From the NCBI GenBank assembly GCA_951406725.2, contig OX597821.1, forward strand, positions 49,972,001-50,036,000: 64,000 nt of DNA. The letters run 5' to 3'. This document shows, in pieces, positions 28,378 to 42,032 of the stretch (position 1 is its first letter; each line of letters starts with the position of its first letter). Source of the stretch: Octopus vulgaris (Eukaryota). Under the pieces are notes generated by a model. That model had not been told where the DNA came from. It searched no databases and worked only from the letters and a program-made list of their open reading frames with translations. The translations under genes and the position numbers were made by a program.

Positions 28378-29585
28378 TGATTTGCTGTTTTCTATGCTTT
28401 TGTAAAATTTTCCGTTGTGTTTTTAAAGTTCTTTATATATATTACTTATGTGTATATATGTGTGTATGTAGTTATTCAGTTTTATTTCAAGATTTCCTAT
28501 CAATAGAGAAGCCGGCTTTTAAGCCAGAGCCAAGACTTCTTTTGGGGGACTTCAACATCAACAGCGTATTTTTGCATACCTGTGTGTATATGTGCAGATT
28601 TCTATGTTTTGCCTTGTGTATGTATTCTCATGCATATAGTTGCATGGCTAGACGTGTATGTATGTATGTATGTATGTATGTATGTATGCATGCATGTATG
28701 TATGTGTGCATGCATGACTGTATATGTATATATGAGACTTCATGAAACTCAATGCGGACGAGAATAAGTTATATTAGTGGATATCAATTTATTGATAACA
28801 GTCGACAGAACTGTTCGCTTGAGGATTATTTCGAGTCACTTAAGCCGGCCCGGCATAAATAATTCAGTCATTGATGTCCGCATAACTTGTATTTCAATCG
28901 TTTCTCTGTTAAATGAAAACTATAATTCATCAAACAATCTCCATGTCAATATTGCTATATAATTTCTTTGTTGGAGCGCGTCTGTTGACTTGTCACGGTC
29001 CGTTGATGATCGTTTGGTCATTTGATCATCTAAATTCAGTCAATTAGAACGACAAAAACATGGAGGATATCAATTTTATCATATTTTAATGAGTTTTGGT
29101 TGCTGGTTTAATTTTGTGTTTGAGATATATATACGCTTAATCGCATATATGAATGCATTCTAGTATCATATTTTTGTATGAGTTGTGTGTGTGCGTGCGT
29201 GTATGTGTGTGTGTGCGTGCGTGTATGTGTGTGAGTGTCTGTGTAGGACGGCTCCAGATATATGCTTAATTTTATGTCACTATTTAAACATGCTCGGTTA
29301 TTGTTGTTTAAACAGATATTTCAAGTACACATTTTAGATGGACGAGTACAGCTGCTGGACAAAAGTGCATTAGCAAAACGTCATGTAATCGAAGATTCTG
29401 GAATTGGAATTTCTCTGCTGGTCTATTCTTCCTAAGTTATGTTTTTGACGGAAGAAATAGTTCAGCCGACATTGAAATTCTGGAGAAATTTGTTTTCATG
29501 TCTTCAGAATTAGAATTCTAATTCGAAATTCTTGGATGGAAGATGGTAGGCAAATATAAATAACACTTAGAGATTTATACACACA

Positions 29586-29639
<54 letters not shown>

Positions 29640-29865
29640 CACACACACACACACACACACACGCACACGTACACGCATACACATCGCAATCGTACAGTAC
29701 ACACATGCTTACATTCTGGCACGGATGATGTTCAACAGAAAAATAGATTGTCTTTGCTTTTAAATTAAAATATATAATTAACAATATAATTTACATAATT
29801 ACAAAAAATATATAAATACCTTCTCTCAATCTCGTTCGGGCTAAAACATTTTTAAGGATTTAAGG

Positions 29866-29939
<74 letters not shown>

Positions 29940-30219
29940 TTAGTTTGTGATCTGGAAAATCACTAGCGCGTTGGACAAAATGCATTCCGTTTTTTTACGT
30001 GCTGAACTCAAATTCCAACTTTGTCCATTTGGAATCGATAGGATAAAGTACCAATGAAGTATTGGGGGTCAATATAATCGGCTAAACTCCCTCTCGCTAA
30101 AAATTCCTGGCCTTGTACCAATTTGAAGCCACTAACATTTTAGTTGATGTTGTTGTTGTTATTATTATTATTATTTCAGATTTTAATGTTTGTTATAATG
30201 TATATCAGTTATTAGCACC

Positions 30220-30277
<58 letters not shown>

Positions 30278-31034
30278 CAATTTATCAACCAAGAGAATAA
30301 CTGAGCAGATCTGAAATTTTGCTCTTTCTCCTCTTGTAAAGCCCCCATCTCTTCATCTCTTTGCCTGTGCAAGAGAAGTTGTCAAGTCCTTGGCCAAGTG
30401 CAGATATATGATTCTTACTTATCATTTGTAGCTTGGTTGGATCCTCCTAACCCTCAATCAGCAACAAGATGGCGGTTATGCAGCGTGCGTTCACGCTGGC
30501 ATATTATAGAAGACCGCTGCAGGACATGTTGAACAATGTCCTTAAATATATTCGGTGTGTTGATTGGAATATGTTGAAATACTTTTCGGGAGAACTTTCA
30601 GGTCAAGTATTATGGATAATTTCCAAAAATGATTGACCTGGCAGAGCAACTTGAGTGTGTTGCCAGTTTGGCATATATTTTATAGTTATGGAAGCGCTGT
30701 CTGCAGAACTTCTAAAAAGCTGGAGGAAAGAAAACAGAAATTGTTCTCCACACACTACTTTATTATCTACTTATGGAATCATGTAGAATGATTAATATCA
30801 GTTAGTGGTCTATTCTGGTTATTAACCGAGATCATTGTAAAGACCATCTTCATTTGCTAGGGCGGGGTAAGCTATTTTGATATCCGAGGAGTATGGCGAA
30901 AGAGGTAGGGACAGATGTACAGTTGACAGATTTGAAGACAGAGATGACCTTCTTGCAGAAAGTTGTTAATGATCTTAAAGCGCATATTCACAAGCAAACA
31001 CGTATGTGGCTATGCCTGAATAAGAGTGCTTAAG

Positions 31035-31068
<34 letters not shown>

Positions 31069-31147
31069 TAGATGTCTTAAAAGAGACTGATACCTATACA
31101 ACGAAACAAAGGGACAAACCGAAGTGGTTATATACACACATACATGC

Positions 31148-31198
<51 letters not shown>

Positions 31199-32522
31199 CA
31201 TATACACATAAATCTATATACATATACATAAATGTGTATATATATACATGCATACATAAGTGTGTGTATGTATATGTGTATCTTTACAGATCACATACGC
31301 AGTATACAGACAAGGAAGTTAACAGAATAGTTAACCATCGAATATATATATATATTCGATGGTTGACTATTCTGTTAACTTTTATATATTCACATTTATA
31401 AATAGATTTATATATTTTCGCATTTATAAATAGATTTTTATATATGTAATACTTATTTTTTTAAAAATTTTGTTTCAGAGATTCCGATTAGAAGTTTTTG
31501 TCATTTCTCGGAATCTCTGAATGTAAAACTCGAATCGAAGAATTTGGTTTTCATTTAAGTAATTTAGTCCTTGTGTAGTAGTGTTATTATTATTAACTAC
31601 TGCTTTAATGTTCCGAATAAGTTACACGTGTTTTGTCTTTAAAAATTTTTATAACATTCTAGATTTTGAGAGAAAATAGCATTTCTTTCTCTCTTCCTCG
31701 AAATTTTATTTCTAAATAATCTTTAATTTGAAATTTTTTTGTTCTTTCGTTTTTTTTTTAAACAAAATAATATATATATATATAATTTATTATTTATATA
31801 AATAATTATTATATGTTAATTTTTAGTTTTTTTTCCTTGTTTTCGTGACTTTTCATAGGGATTTTTCTTCCTATCGCTCATTCACATAGCTCTCAAATTC
31901 GATGATCTACATACTGCATTCTAATATACTCAATATGCTCGCACACATACGGACACTATGCACAAAACACAAGTTCGTTCATTTAGCAAATTTAAATATC
32001 CTTACGAACATTCATTTGACTACGTTCACTATGTTGCGCAATGGCCAGACTTAACGCACATATATTGGATACCATAAGATATCATATTCCATAAGATATC
32101 ATTATGCATATGTGTGAGTGCGCATGATGCACATATGCTTGTATATAAATCTATAAATATAGATATATATATATATATATATATACATGCATACGTACAT
32201 CATGCACACTCACACACACACACATGTATGTATGTATATTTGTGTGATCGTATGTTTGTGTGTTCATAACTTGAGTATTTAAAGAAAATAATCACCTGGG
32301 TTGAAATAAGGTTTTTGTTTCTTGTATTTTGTTTTGTATTTTTGTTGTTTTTTTTTTGTTAAATTACTTTTTCTTTTCTTTTTAATTTTTATAGAAGAAT
32401 ATAGATACGATATAGTGACCCACCCCTCTGTCCGTCTTACCCACTAAAAACAAAAATAAATATTTTGGCCAATTAAAATATCACAGGTTTTGCGCTTCTT
32501 GACTTTGATTCATTCATTTAAA

Positions 32523-32645
32523 TTACTGGTTTTCTGGATCTCGTGGAACGAATTTTAATAGAAGTGGTCTGTCTGGTGTCATAACTGTGTTAAGTACTGG
32601 CTGAACATCTTCGTGGTGGTATTCCAATCGGAAATTCTGAATAAT
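32523..32645 (-). CDS. CYP10: CYP terminal exon 11 (IIQNFRLEY...[18 protein letters not shown])
   Basis: 123 nt including TAA; poly-T plus TAG acceptor. Confidence 0.92.
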   Translation of the reverse strand: MIQNFRLEYHHEDVQPVLNTVMTPDRPLLLKFVPRDPENQ

Positions 32646-35600
32646 CTAGTCAAAAAAAAAAAGAAAGAAAAAAATGAAATATATAACATGCCATTTTAAT
32701 CTATTTTGGGGGTTTTCTTCATTTCTTGGAAACTAGCTTGGGTATTCAAGAACGAATGAGGAGGGAAATAATAATAATGATAATAATAATAATAATAATA
32801 AAGGATGAAAGGCAAATTCGACCTCAGTAGAATTTGAACTCAGATCGCAAAGACGGACGAAATGCTGCTAAGCATTTCGCCCGGCTTGCTAACGATTCTA
32901 CCAACTTGCCGCCTTCATCTTAACTGATTGGAAGTGTTATCATATGCATTGTTTTGTCTTGGTATAGAAGCTGGGCTACAGCAAATATTCTTCTCAATAC
33001 CACAGTTTTGCTTGTCAGTTGTTTGACGTTAACCAGTTGAGCATGTCCCTTAGTGGTTGACGATATGTGCATCTCTGATCACGAGCAGAAATAGTGGGGG
33101 AAGCATCATAGCCATGTGTTGAGAGGAATCCTTTAGGGTTTGGATAATTCACCTTTGGAAACATGAGTGTTTGTTTCAACATCCTTAAACAAACCTTATT
33201 CAGGGACATTTTGAGCGGGCTGGGCTACTCGACCTCAAGAAAATTCTAACTGGGCTCCACCTGCAAGGTCATGTGCTGTTTATCTTGATATGCGATCACC
33301 ATGTCGCGCACATATGGTTGTGATGCATGTGCCTAGTGTACCCTTATCAGACGGGTAGTCATGATGGGTATAGTAGGCTTCGTATATTTTACCTCAGTGT
33401 CGCTTTGATGGCATGCACTGCTCTCTCTTAATAATAATAATAATAATAATAATAAAAATGTAAAGGGGGATAGTTGATTACATCGACCCCAGTACTTGAG
33501 TGGTTCTTATTTTATCGACCCTGAAACGATGAAAGGCAAAGTCAACTTCGGCGGTATTTGAACTTAGAACGTAAAGACGGACGGAATGCTTCTAAGCATT
33601 TTTCCCGGCGTACTAACGGTACTGCCAGCTTGCTATCCTAAGGAGGAGGAGGAGGAATTTAGCGATAATATTTCAATTAATTTTCCTATACTCATATATT
33701 TCTGCAATATATTGTAGATAATGCACATGAGTTACAGAAGTTTTGGTTCACGGTAGTAAATACCCTGCACTGGGAAATTGATAGGTAATTCATTATATAT
33801 TATTTTTTATAAGTATTTCGAGTATATAACGAGTATATAATCTGATAGAATTAAATTGATTACTCAAAATATTTACCTTCGTCAAGAGAATAAAGATTTC
33901 TTGCTCAGCTATTCTTCGACCTGCAAAATTAAATAAACATACTTTTAAGAATAATATTTCATAGTTAAAAATCACAGGCACAAATATGAAACTATATAAG
34001 GTATTTTGGAAAGCCGATATATTTTATCAAATAATATTCAGAGTGACCATTAAGTTTGGATCAGTGGTTCTCAACCGGGGTTCGTGTAAGGTTTTTGGGG
34101 GTCCATGCAAGCAAAATAGTAAAACTGGGATCCAGAGTAGTATCTTAAAGTTCCATGAAAAATTTTTGCCTTAGATGTATTTATTGCTAGAATCAGCTAG
34201 GTTTCTTTCTCTAAAGTGTTACATGGTTTTATATTTCCGGACATTGCAACGTGTTCTCTCAGAGAGTTCTATTGCAAACCTATACAAGAAGGTGCAGGGG
34301 TGTTTCCCAATCACATAGTTCTGGGTTCGGCCCCACTGCGTTTCATCCTTTCGGGGTCGATAAAATAAGTACCAGTTTAGCACTGGGGATCGACGTAATC
34401 GATTTAACCCCACTCCAACCCCGAAATGGTTGACCTTGTGCCAAAATTTGAAACCAATATGAATGCAAGGGGACTGTAAAATTTCGATACATATGCAAGT
34501 ATGCATATTTTCAATAGTCGCAGGTGTGGCTGTGTGGTAAGAAGCTTGCCTCCTAATCATATGATTCTGGGTTCAGTCCCACTGTGTTGCACCTTCTACT
34601 ATAGATTCGGTGTATATAAATGTGCGTGTGTGTCTTTGTATCTGTATTTGTGCCCCACTACTGCTTGATGACCAGTGTTGGTGTGCTTACATCCCCGTAA
34701 CTTAGTGACTCGGTAAAAGAGATTGACAGAATAAGTACCAGGTTTAACAAAAGAAATAAGTCCTGGTGTCGATTCATTTGACTAAAAATTCTTCTAGGCG
34801 GTGCCACAGCGTATTTTGGCACAAAGCCAGCATATGTATAAATTATATATATATAGATATATACAAAGTAAATTTGGAGGCGGGGTTACCGCACGAGTAA
34901 AAGTGTAAGGAAAGGAATCTGATCACAGTGAGACTAAAACTTTATCACCCACTGATTGACAAACCAGACACGTTTTATCATCTTGTCAAAGAGTATTCTT
35001 GATTTGGATATATTTATGTAAACTAATTTTTATCTTCTTATCACTGTAAAACAATTTATTACCTGATCTGAATGTTTTTATGTAAAATGTTTTTTGACTC
35101 ATCACAGCGGATACACAAAACCTCATACCTTACTTTTGAAAATCTTTTTAAATAAGTGAAACCGGTTAAGTTAATAAATACTTTTAAAAGACTCCTGCAT
35201 TTTCAGATTCTTTTTCTGCAATTTTAGATACTTTTACTTGTGCGGTAACTCCCATATATACGACGATCCTTCTTTCGGTTTCCGTCTACCAAATTCACTC
35301 ACAAGTCTTTCGTCAGCCTGATCTAGTAGAAGACACTTGCCCAAGGTGCAACACAGTGGGACTGAACCCAGAATCATATGATTAGGAGGCAAGCTTCTTA
35401 CCACACAGCCACACCTGCGACTATTGAAAATATGCATACTTGCATATGTATCGAAATTTTACAGTCCCCTTGCATTCATATTGGTTTCAAATTTTGGCAC
35501 AAGGTCAACCATTTCGGGGTTGGAGTGGGGTTAAATCGATTACGTCGATCCCCAGTGCTAAACTGGTACTTATTTTATCGACCCCGAAAGGATGAAAGGC

Positions 35601-36086
35601 AAAGTCGACCTCGGCGAAATTTGAACTCAGAAAAGCATTTTCCGCGGCATACTAACGATTCTACCAGCTCGTCGCCCTCCCCTGCATACAGATATATTAA
35701 TACAGATTTTCAGGCATTCAAGTTTAAATAGTTATTTATGATATTCAGATGTTTGAAATTAAGTTAAACGCTATTTAATGTTCTGGTAAATACCAATTGC
35801 AATTTATTTATGTAGCCGTGGGGTATGATAGTGGAGAGGGTAACGGGGAGAGTGATGGCGGTGGTGGGGCCGTGTTTCTTCTTAATCTTAACTTCCTTCA
35901 TTGTCTTTATCGTTTGAACTATTTAATTCATACAATCATGCATTTATACTTACTTTCATATTCATGCATGCACGCACAGACGCACAGTCACACACACACA
36001 CACGCGCACATACATATACATACAAATATACACATATGCGTGTGTGTGTGAGCGTGTGTGTATGTAGAAAGACATATATTATAGAT

Positions 36087-36143
<57 letters not shown>

Positions 36144-38654
36144 TGTACTTAGAAAAAAAATTAATACGGAAATCTTAATATCACAACTTTGAAGGAAAAT
36201 CGAAAATCTTGTTAACAAATCCTAGAATTACTTACCAATGCACATACGGGGACCATGACCCCATGTTAGATTGTAAAGGGCTTTGCCATTGTTGTCAGAA
36301 CGATTACCGATCCATCTTTTAGGGCGAAATTCCAGTGGTTGTGGGAAAACGTCACTGTTGCGTCCTAGACCATACACATTACACTGGACATGGGTCTGTT
36401 GATAAATAAATGAATTACTTAACATTAGTTTCAGATTTTAGCACAAGGTCTGCAGCTTCGGAGGAGGGGGTATGTCCATTACATTGACTTCAATATTTAA
36501 CTGGTGCATATTTCATTGACCCAGGAAGGATGAAAAGCAAAGTCGAACTCGGTAGAATTTGAACTCAAAACGTAAAGACGGACGAAATGCCACTAAGCAT
36601 TTTAGCCTGCGTGCTAAAAATTATACCAGCTCGCCACCTTAATTGATTAATTAATGTTGGTTTCAAGTTTTGGCACAAGGCCAGCAATTTCCTGGAAAGG
36701 GTAAGTCGATTATATCGACCTTAGTGCTCAACAGGAACTTATTTTATCAACCCTGAAAGGATGAAAGGCAAAGTCGACCTCGGTGGACGAAAAACGCGAA
36801 GACGAACAAAATACCGTTAAGCATTTTTCTCGGCGCAGTAACGATTCTACTAGCTTACAACCCTAATTAATTAATCGATATTATAGATCTGTAACATAGG
36901 AACAAGTTCACAGATTTTAGTATTGGGGATAATCGATTATATCGACTCTCAGTACTTGACTCATACTTTATAATATCGATCGCTGAACGATGATGACAAA
37001 GTCGATCGCGACGGGGATTTGAATTCACAATACAGAGATGCTCACTAGATCCTGTAAAGTATTTGGCCCGCTGTTTTACAGATTTTGCCATATTTATTTT
37101 AACCACTCATAATGGTCTAAAATTTACAGGCAAATGGAATTGTTAATCTTCACGTAATCGAAACCTTAACAACATTTGTCACGTAAATTAGTTTTAACAA
37201 AGAATAAAAACTGGTTCATGTATTCAGATGAATAAGAATTTATTTTACCCTGTCCAGACCGTCCAATCTTATCAAAATTTATCTCAGTATACATTATATA
37301 ATGCGTCATTCCACTCTTTTTAAAAAGACGGTATAGTAAAATATGAGAAAGCTTCTGCTTCTATTCCTGGTAGGTCGAACAATCATGAGGGGTTCCCTCG
37401 TTGTCTCGAACGTTCATATTGTTTTTTTATTACTTTTATTAAGATATCTTCAATTGAGTATCGAAACTGTATCATATAATTATCTCGAGGTGGAATCAAA
37501 CCATTATATCATTTGTTTCTAGAAAGAATGTTTTGGAATCAGATCGTTAAAGGTTTTTTATACTAACTCTGTCTTTTCGTGAAGTATTTGAGGAGAGACA
37601 GATACCTGATTTAGTAAAGCCTGTCCCTTTCCAAAACTATCAAAGCATAATCTATTATTTATCATGCCCCGTGCTCATAGATGTATGCTCTACCTCCACG
37701 TGATATCTACTTACAGTAAGGCGGACTGAGTCGCTGAGACTTCGGTGCCTTTTTCAATAACACTAAACGAAATGAGTCAGCAACATATCAACTAGCTATA
37801 ACTTTCATTAGTTGGTTAAAAATCTTGTGAGAATAACTCAGGAAAGAAGAAATGAATACTTACACCTGCTGGAATATGGTAACCACATACTTCTATATCT
37901 TTGTTTGTAACTCGGCTGGTGGCGAAGGTGATGGGGTAAATCCTGTTGTAAGATACACATAAAGACAGACAAATATTACTCTGTGTAATGTTAATAATTG
38001 AAAAATTTTTCAAGATATTTAAAGAATCCTTTCTTACATTTGCTTCCGCGTTCGCTTTCACCAAACTAAATAAATCTTTGAAATATTCATTTTGCTATAC
38101 AGCTTTACAAACTGAACGGATGTTGATTTAATGTTATTGATGATGGTGGTGGTGATGATGATGATGATGATGAGGAGGAGGAGGAGGTTTAACTCCGGCT
38201 CAACTCTGATCGGACAGACCTATGATATTCCAGCTGTATCCCATTTTTTTCCCATTTATCCAACTTGTTAGGGTATGATTTTGAGGGATATTTGATCGTT
38301 ATTTCTAGTACGTCGAGTGACCACGAAGAGGCACTCATATTGGAATTCTGTTTGAACTGTTTCACATTGTAGTTTGGAGTGTAAGTGGGATGGGAGTGGG
38401 GTGTAATGTGGAAAGGGGCGGAGGGCTGTGACAAAAATAGCATGCGTCAAGAGGGAAATGCTATATTGGATAACAACTTGATATACCTCTATTTGAGAGA
38501 TGAGGAATTATTTACATTATTTACATTTGACGGATATTTGTCCTCATCTTGTTTGTTGTTAGCACAACGTTTCGGCTGATGAACTCTCCAGCCTTCATCA
38601 GGTGAACTGATGGAATTTCGAACCCGGGTTCTCGTTCCTACGGTATTTTTCCGA

Positions 38655-38703
<49 letters not shown>

Positions 38704-38857
38704 GCTGTTGTTGTTGTTGTTGTTGTTATTATTCAGGTCACTGTCTGGAATCGAACTCGGAATCTTTGGGTTAATAGCCCGCGCTCGGGCATATGGCATA
38801 GTGGTTAAGAGTGCGGGGTACTAACCCCAGGATTCCGAGTTCGATTCCAGGCAGTGA

Positions 38858-38895
<38 letters not shown>

Positions 38896-40641
38896 TCGAA
38901 AAATACCTTACGAATGAGAACCCAGTTTCGAAATTTCCCCAAGACACCTGATGAAGGTTGGAGGGTGTATCAGCCGAAACGTTGTGTTAACAAAATACAA
39001 GATGAGAACAAATATCCGTCAAATGTAAATAATGTACATAATTCTTGATCTCTTAAATATAGAACTGTAAAATACTTTTAATCTGACTTCGAGTATCTGA
39101 TGATATAAACGTATTCTACACCTACGAAACCTTTTTTGAAAATGTGAAGCTGAGTCATACACACACACACACACACGCACACATATACATACACACACAC
39201 CCATATAAATGATTGTGTGTGTATATGTGTATAAATGTGTGTGTTCCTCCTACTACACTCACATGCACACACACACACACACACATACGCGCATGCATAC
39301 ATACGTACATAAACACACGCAATGAATATTCCATCTATTTCTCCCACAAAAATGGCAACTGTAGACGTCAGCAAAAGTTTAGTATTTAATGCTTCCCATG
39401 TTGCTAAGGAACTTTTAAACTACTAAGTAGGCCTACTTCTAAATTACTAAGTAGGTTCTAGAACGCCTTTTTCCCGTGAATACTATAGTTGTAAGTTTTT
39501 AACATATTTTCCCCTACTTGTATATCAGTCGGTTTGATATCTAACCCTTTGTCTGCCCTGCCTGTCCGTCCTTGTTTTCAAATTTTTAGTTAGCCCTCGT
39601 TTCTTACGATCTACATAATAGAAGCTTTCGTTTCGTAAGTCTCAAATTACTCAAGTGATTGAAAAATTAGGAAGTGTGTATCACGTATGGTACGTAGACA
39701 CCAGGGAAATATGTCCTGTGCATTAGATACGATACGTAGGACAGACAAAATGTTAACCAGAACTCCTATGTTTAAGAAGCTAACTTTCCTCTCGTCATTT
39801 TTATTATTACTTTTTAGGGACTAAACTGCATTATCTAGCGTGTTCCTCCATCGACAGTAGTGTGTGATTTGAGGGATATTTGTTTGCTATTTCTAGCAGA
39901 GCTAGCATCCACATAAACCCGTCATTCTCTCTATTGCCAGAGATTATTCTTGTCTTTTGTTTGATATCATTTTAGGATATTTAGGAGGACAGATTCGAAT
40001 TTCTTCATAGACCCGACCGAAGCCAAATTTGTTTTCATCCTTCCCAATTTCAATGAAATAAAGTACTTGTAGCACGCATCGAATAAATCGATTGATCCCT
40101 TGCCCCAAATTGTTGACCTGTACGGTGTACACTTACATACATACACACTCATATGTATATAACGTATAAATATATACATAAACATACATATGCATACATA
40201 TACATACATGTACATGTGTGTGTGGGGGGCCCAAGGATGATAATGCTCCTTGTTTTCTTGTTTAAAAATGAATGAAGAAGAATAATTGTTTGATAATCTA
40301 TATAATATTCTGCTTGTTCGTTCGCCTGTTATACATTAGTTAGTTAGAGGTGGAGTGAGTGAGGGGTGGAGTAAGAGAGAGGGTGGGAGAAGTGAAGAAA
40401 GAAGAGAGGGAGAAGTAGAGAAATGTGATTAATATTAATACACTTGCGCTTAATGTTTTACGTGGTCAGTTGAAGGTAGAAGCGAAGAACGAGAGAAAAA
40501 GACGACGAGGGAAAAAGAGGGAGAGAGAAGTATTAACGATGTGCGGTGGGGTGGGGGAAGGAATGCTTATTACGTGAGGAAAAGGTTAGCAGAAAGGAAA
40601 AGTAGCGAGAGATGGACAGGGGAGGCAGTTATACTGAGAGG

Positions 40642-40721
<80 letters not shown>

Positions 40722-41981
40722 CAGATAGCGGTGGTGGTTTGTTGATATTGAAAAGCATTTTTTTTGTATTGAGCTAATATTTTATAGCGACCATCTTATA
40801 TGCATAAGTCTAATTATTTATTGCCTGCTCGCTTAAAAAAAATTGATATTTGTTTGTAGGGATTAATTTAGCCTAAAATCTGGATTCACAAGAAATACGG
40901 TTGCAAGCTGCCTGAGAAAGGATGCGCCTGATATAGTGCACGGATCAGAGAGGAACAATGAGAAGATATAATAAAAAGAGGAAAAAGACAACATCGACGG
41001 GGACGTGAGGAAATGAATGTAGAAGAACGTCAAGAATATGAAGGCTATGGAAATGCAAATAACCCTTTCTTTCTTAAATAGGTCCTCTTAATTTTTTCCA
41101 TTCCGTGGAATTTCTACTGGTCTTACTAGTAAAAGATATTTACCGAAGAGCTTCCTTGAGACAGGCTTTCACCAGTGGTATACTGGTAAGTTTCGCAGGT
41201 GTCAGTTCCTCTCCTGGACCAACGATTTTACATACTTCTTTGTATATCTCTTCTTGGACTTGTGGATTTTTAGCAAGACAATACAATACCCAGACTATGG
41301 AGTTAGACGTCTGCAAGAAAATTCAATAGAATATATATATATTAAAAATCTGTAAAAACTGAAATGTGCATTTATCACTCTGGCGGTCGCTTCGGGGACG
41401 ATTTTGTTTTGTCTAGTTCTGAAATATTTTGTGTTTTTTAACACAATACGTCTATAGAGGGTTCTTTCTTTGAAACAACCCCAGATGCCTCTGACCTTTT
41501 GACGATATACATACGTTTAGCATGTCCTATGAATAAAGATCTTAATCCAGAACTGCTTCTATTTCATAATTCGAAGCAAGTGTTTGTATGTGTGTATGTG
41601 TGCATGTATATATGTATGTGTGTATGTATTTGAGTAATGAGAAACTTGACTTTAGTGACTCATAAACTTAAAAGGCCATAACTATATACTGCAACATATT
41701 TTATGACAGCCTACCGTTTCTGTCAATCCACAACTCAAGTTCACTCGAAAAGAAATTGCTAGTTTAGATTGACAACGCCCTATATTTATCTGTAGTTCAT
41801 ATATATATAGAAAATAGTAAAAAGTGAAAAAACTACAGAAGGCTTGTTTTAAAAGGTTAAAAAATATATATTTGAGTCATTATGTCAGAAGAATGTTATA
41901 AATTTTTTTCATACAGTGACATAGTTTTTGAAGAAATTACCGGTTTCGTTTTAACTTTTCAAATTTCTCAAAACATCGTGT

Positions 41982-42032
<51 letters not shown>

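Noticed and set aside
29336-29435. Short plus-strand frame DGRVQLLDKSALAKRHVIEDSGIG after ttttag
   Set aside because: No recognisable domain, partner exons or donor site.
30300-30985. Unique-looking stretch with a caagatggcgg (YY1-like) motif
   Set aside because: No ORF; a FIVMEAL fragment suggests an old LINE RT remnant, but it is too decayed to call.
38787-38860. tRNA gene (also 25730-25799, 57820-57885, 4063-4110)
   Set aside because: A/B boxes are present but no acceptor stem is evident, and each continues into a SINE body.
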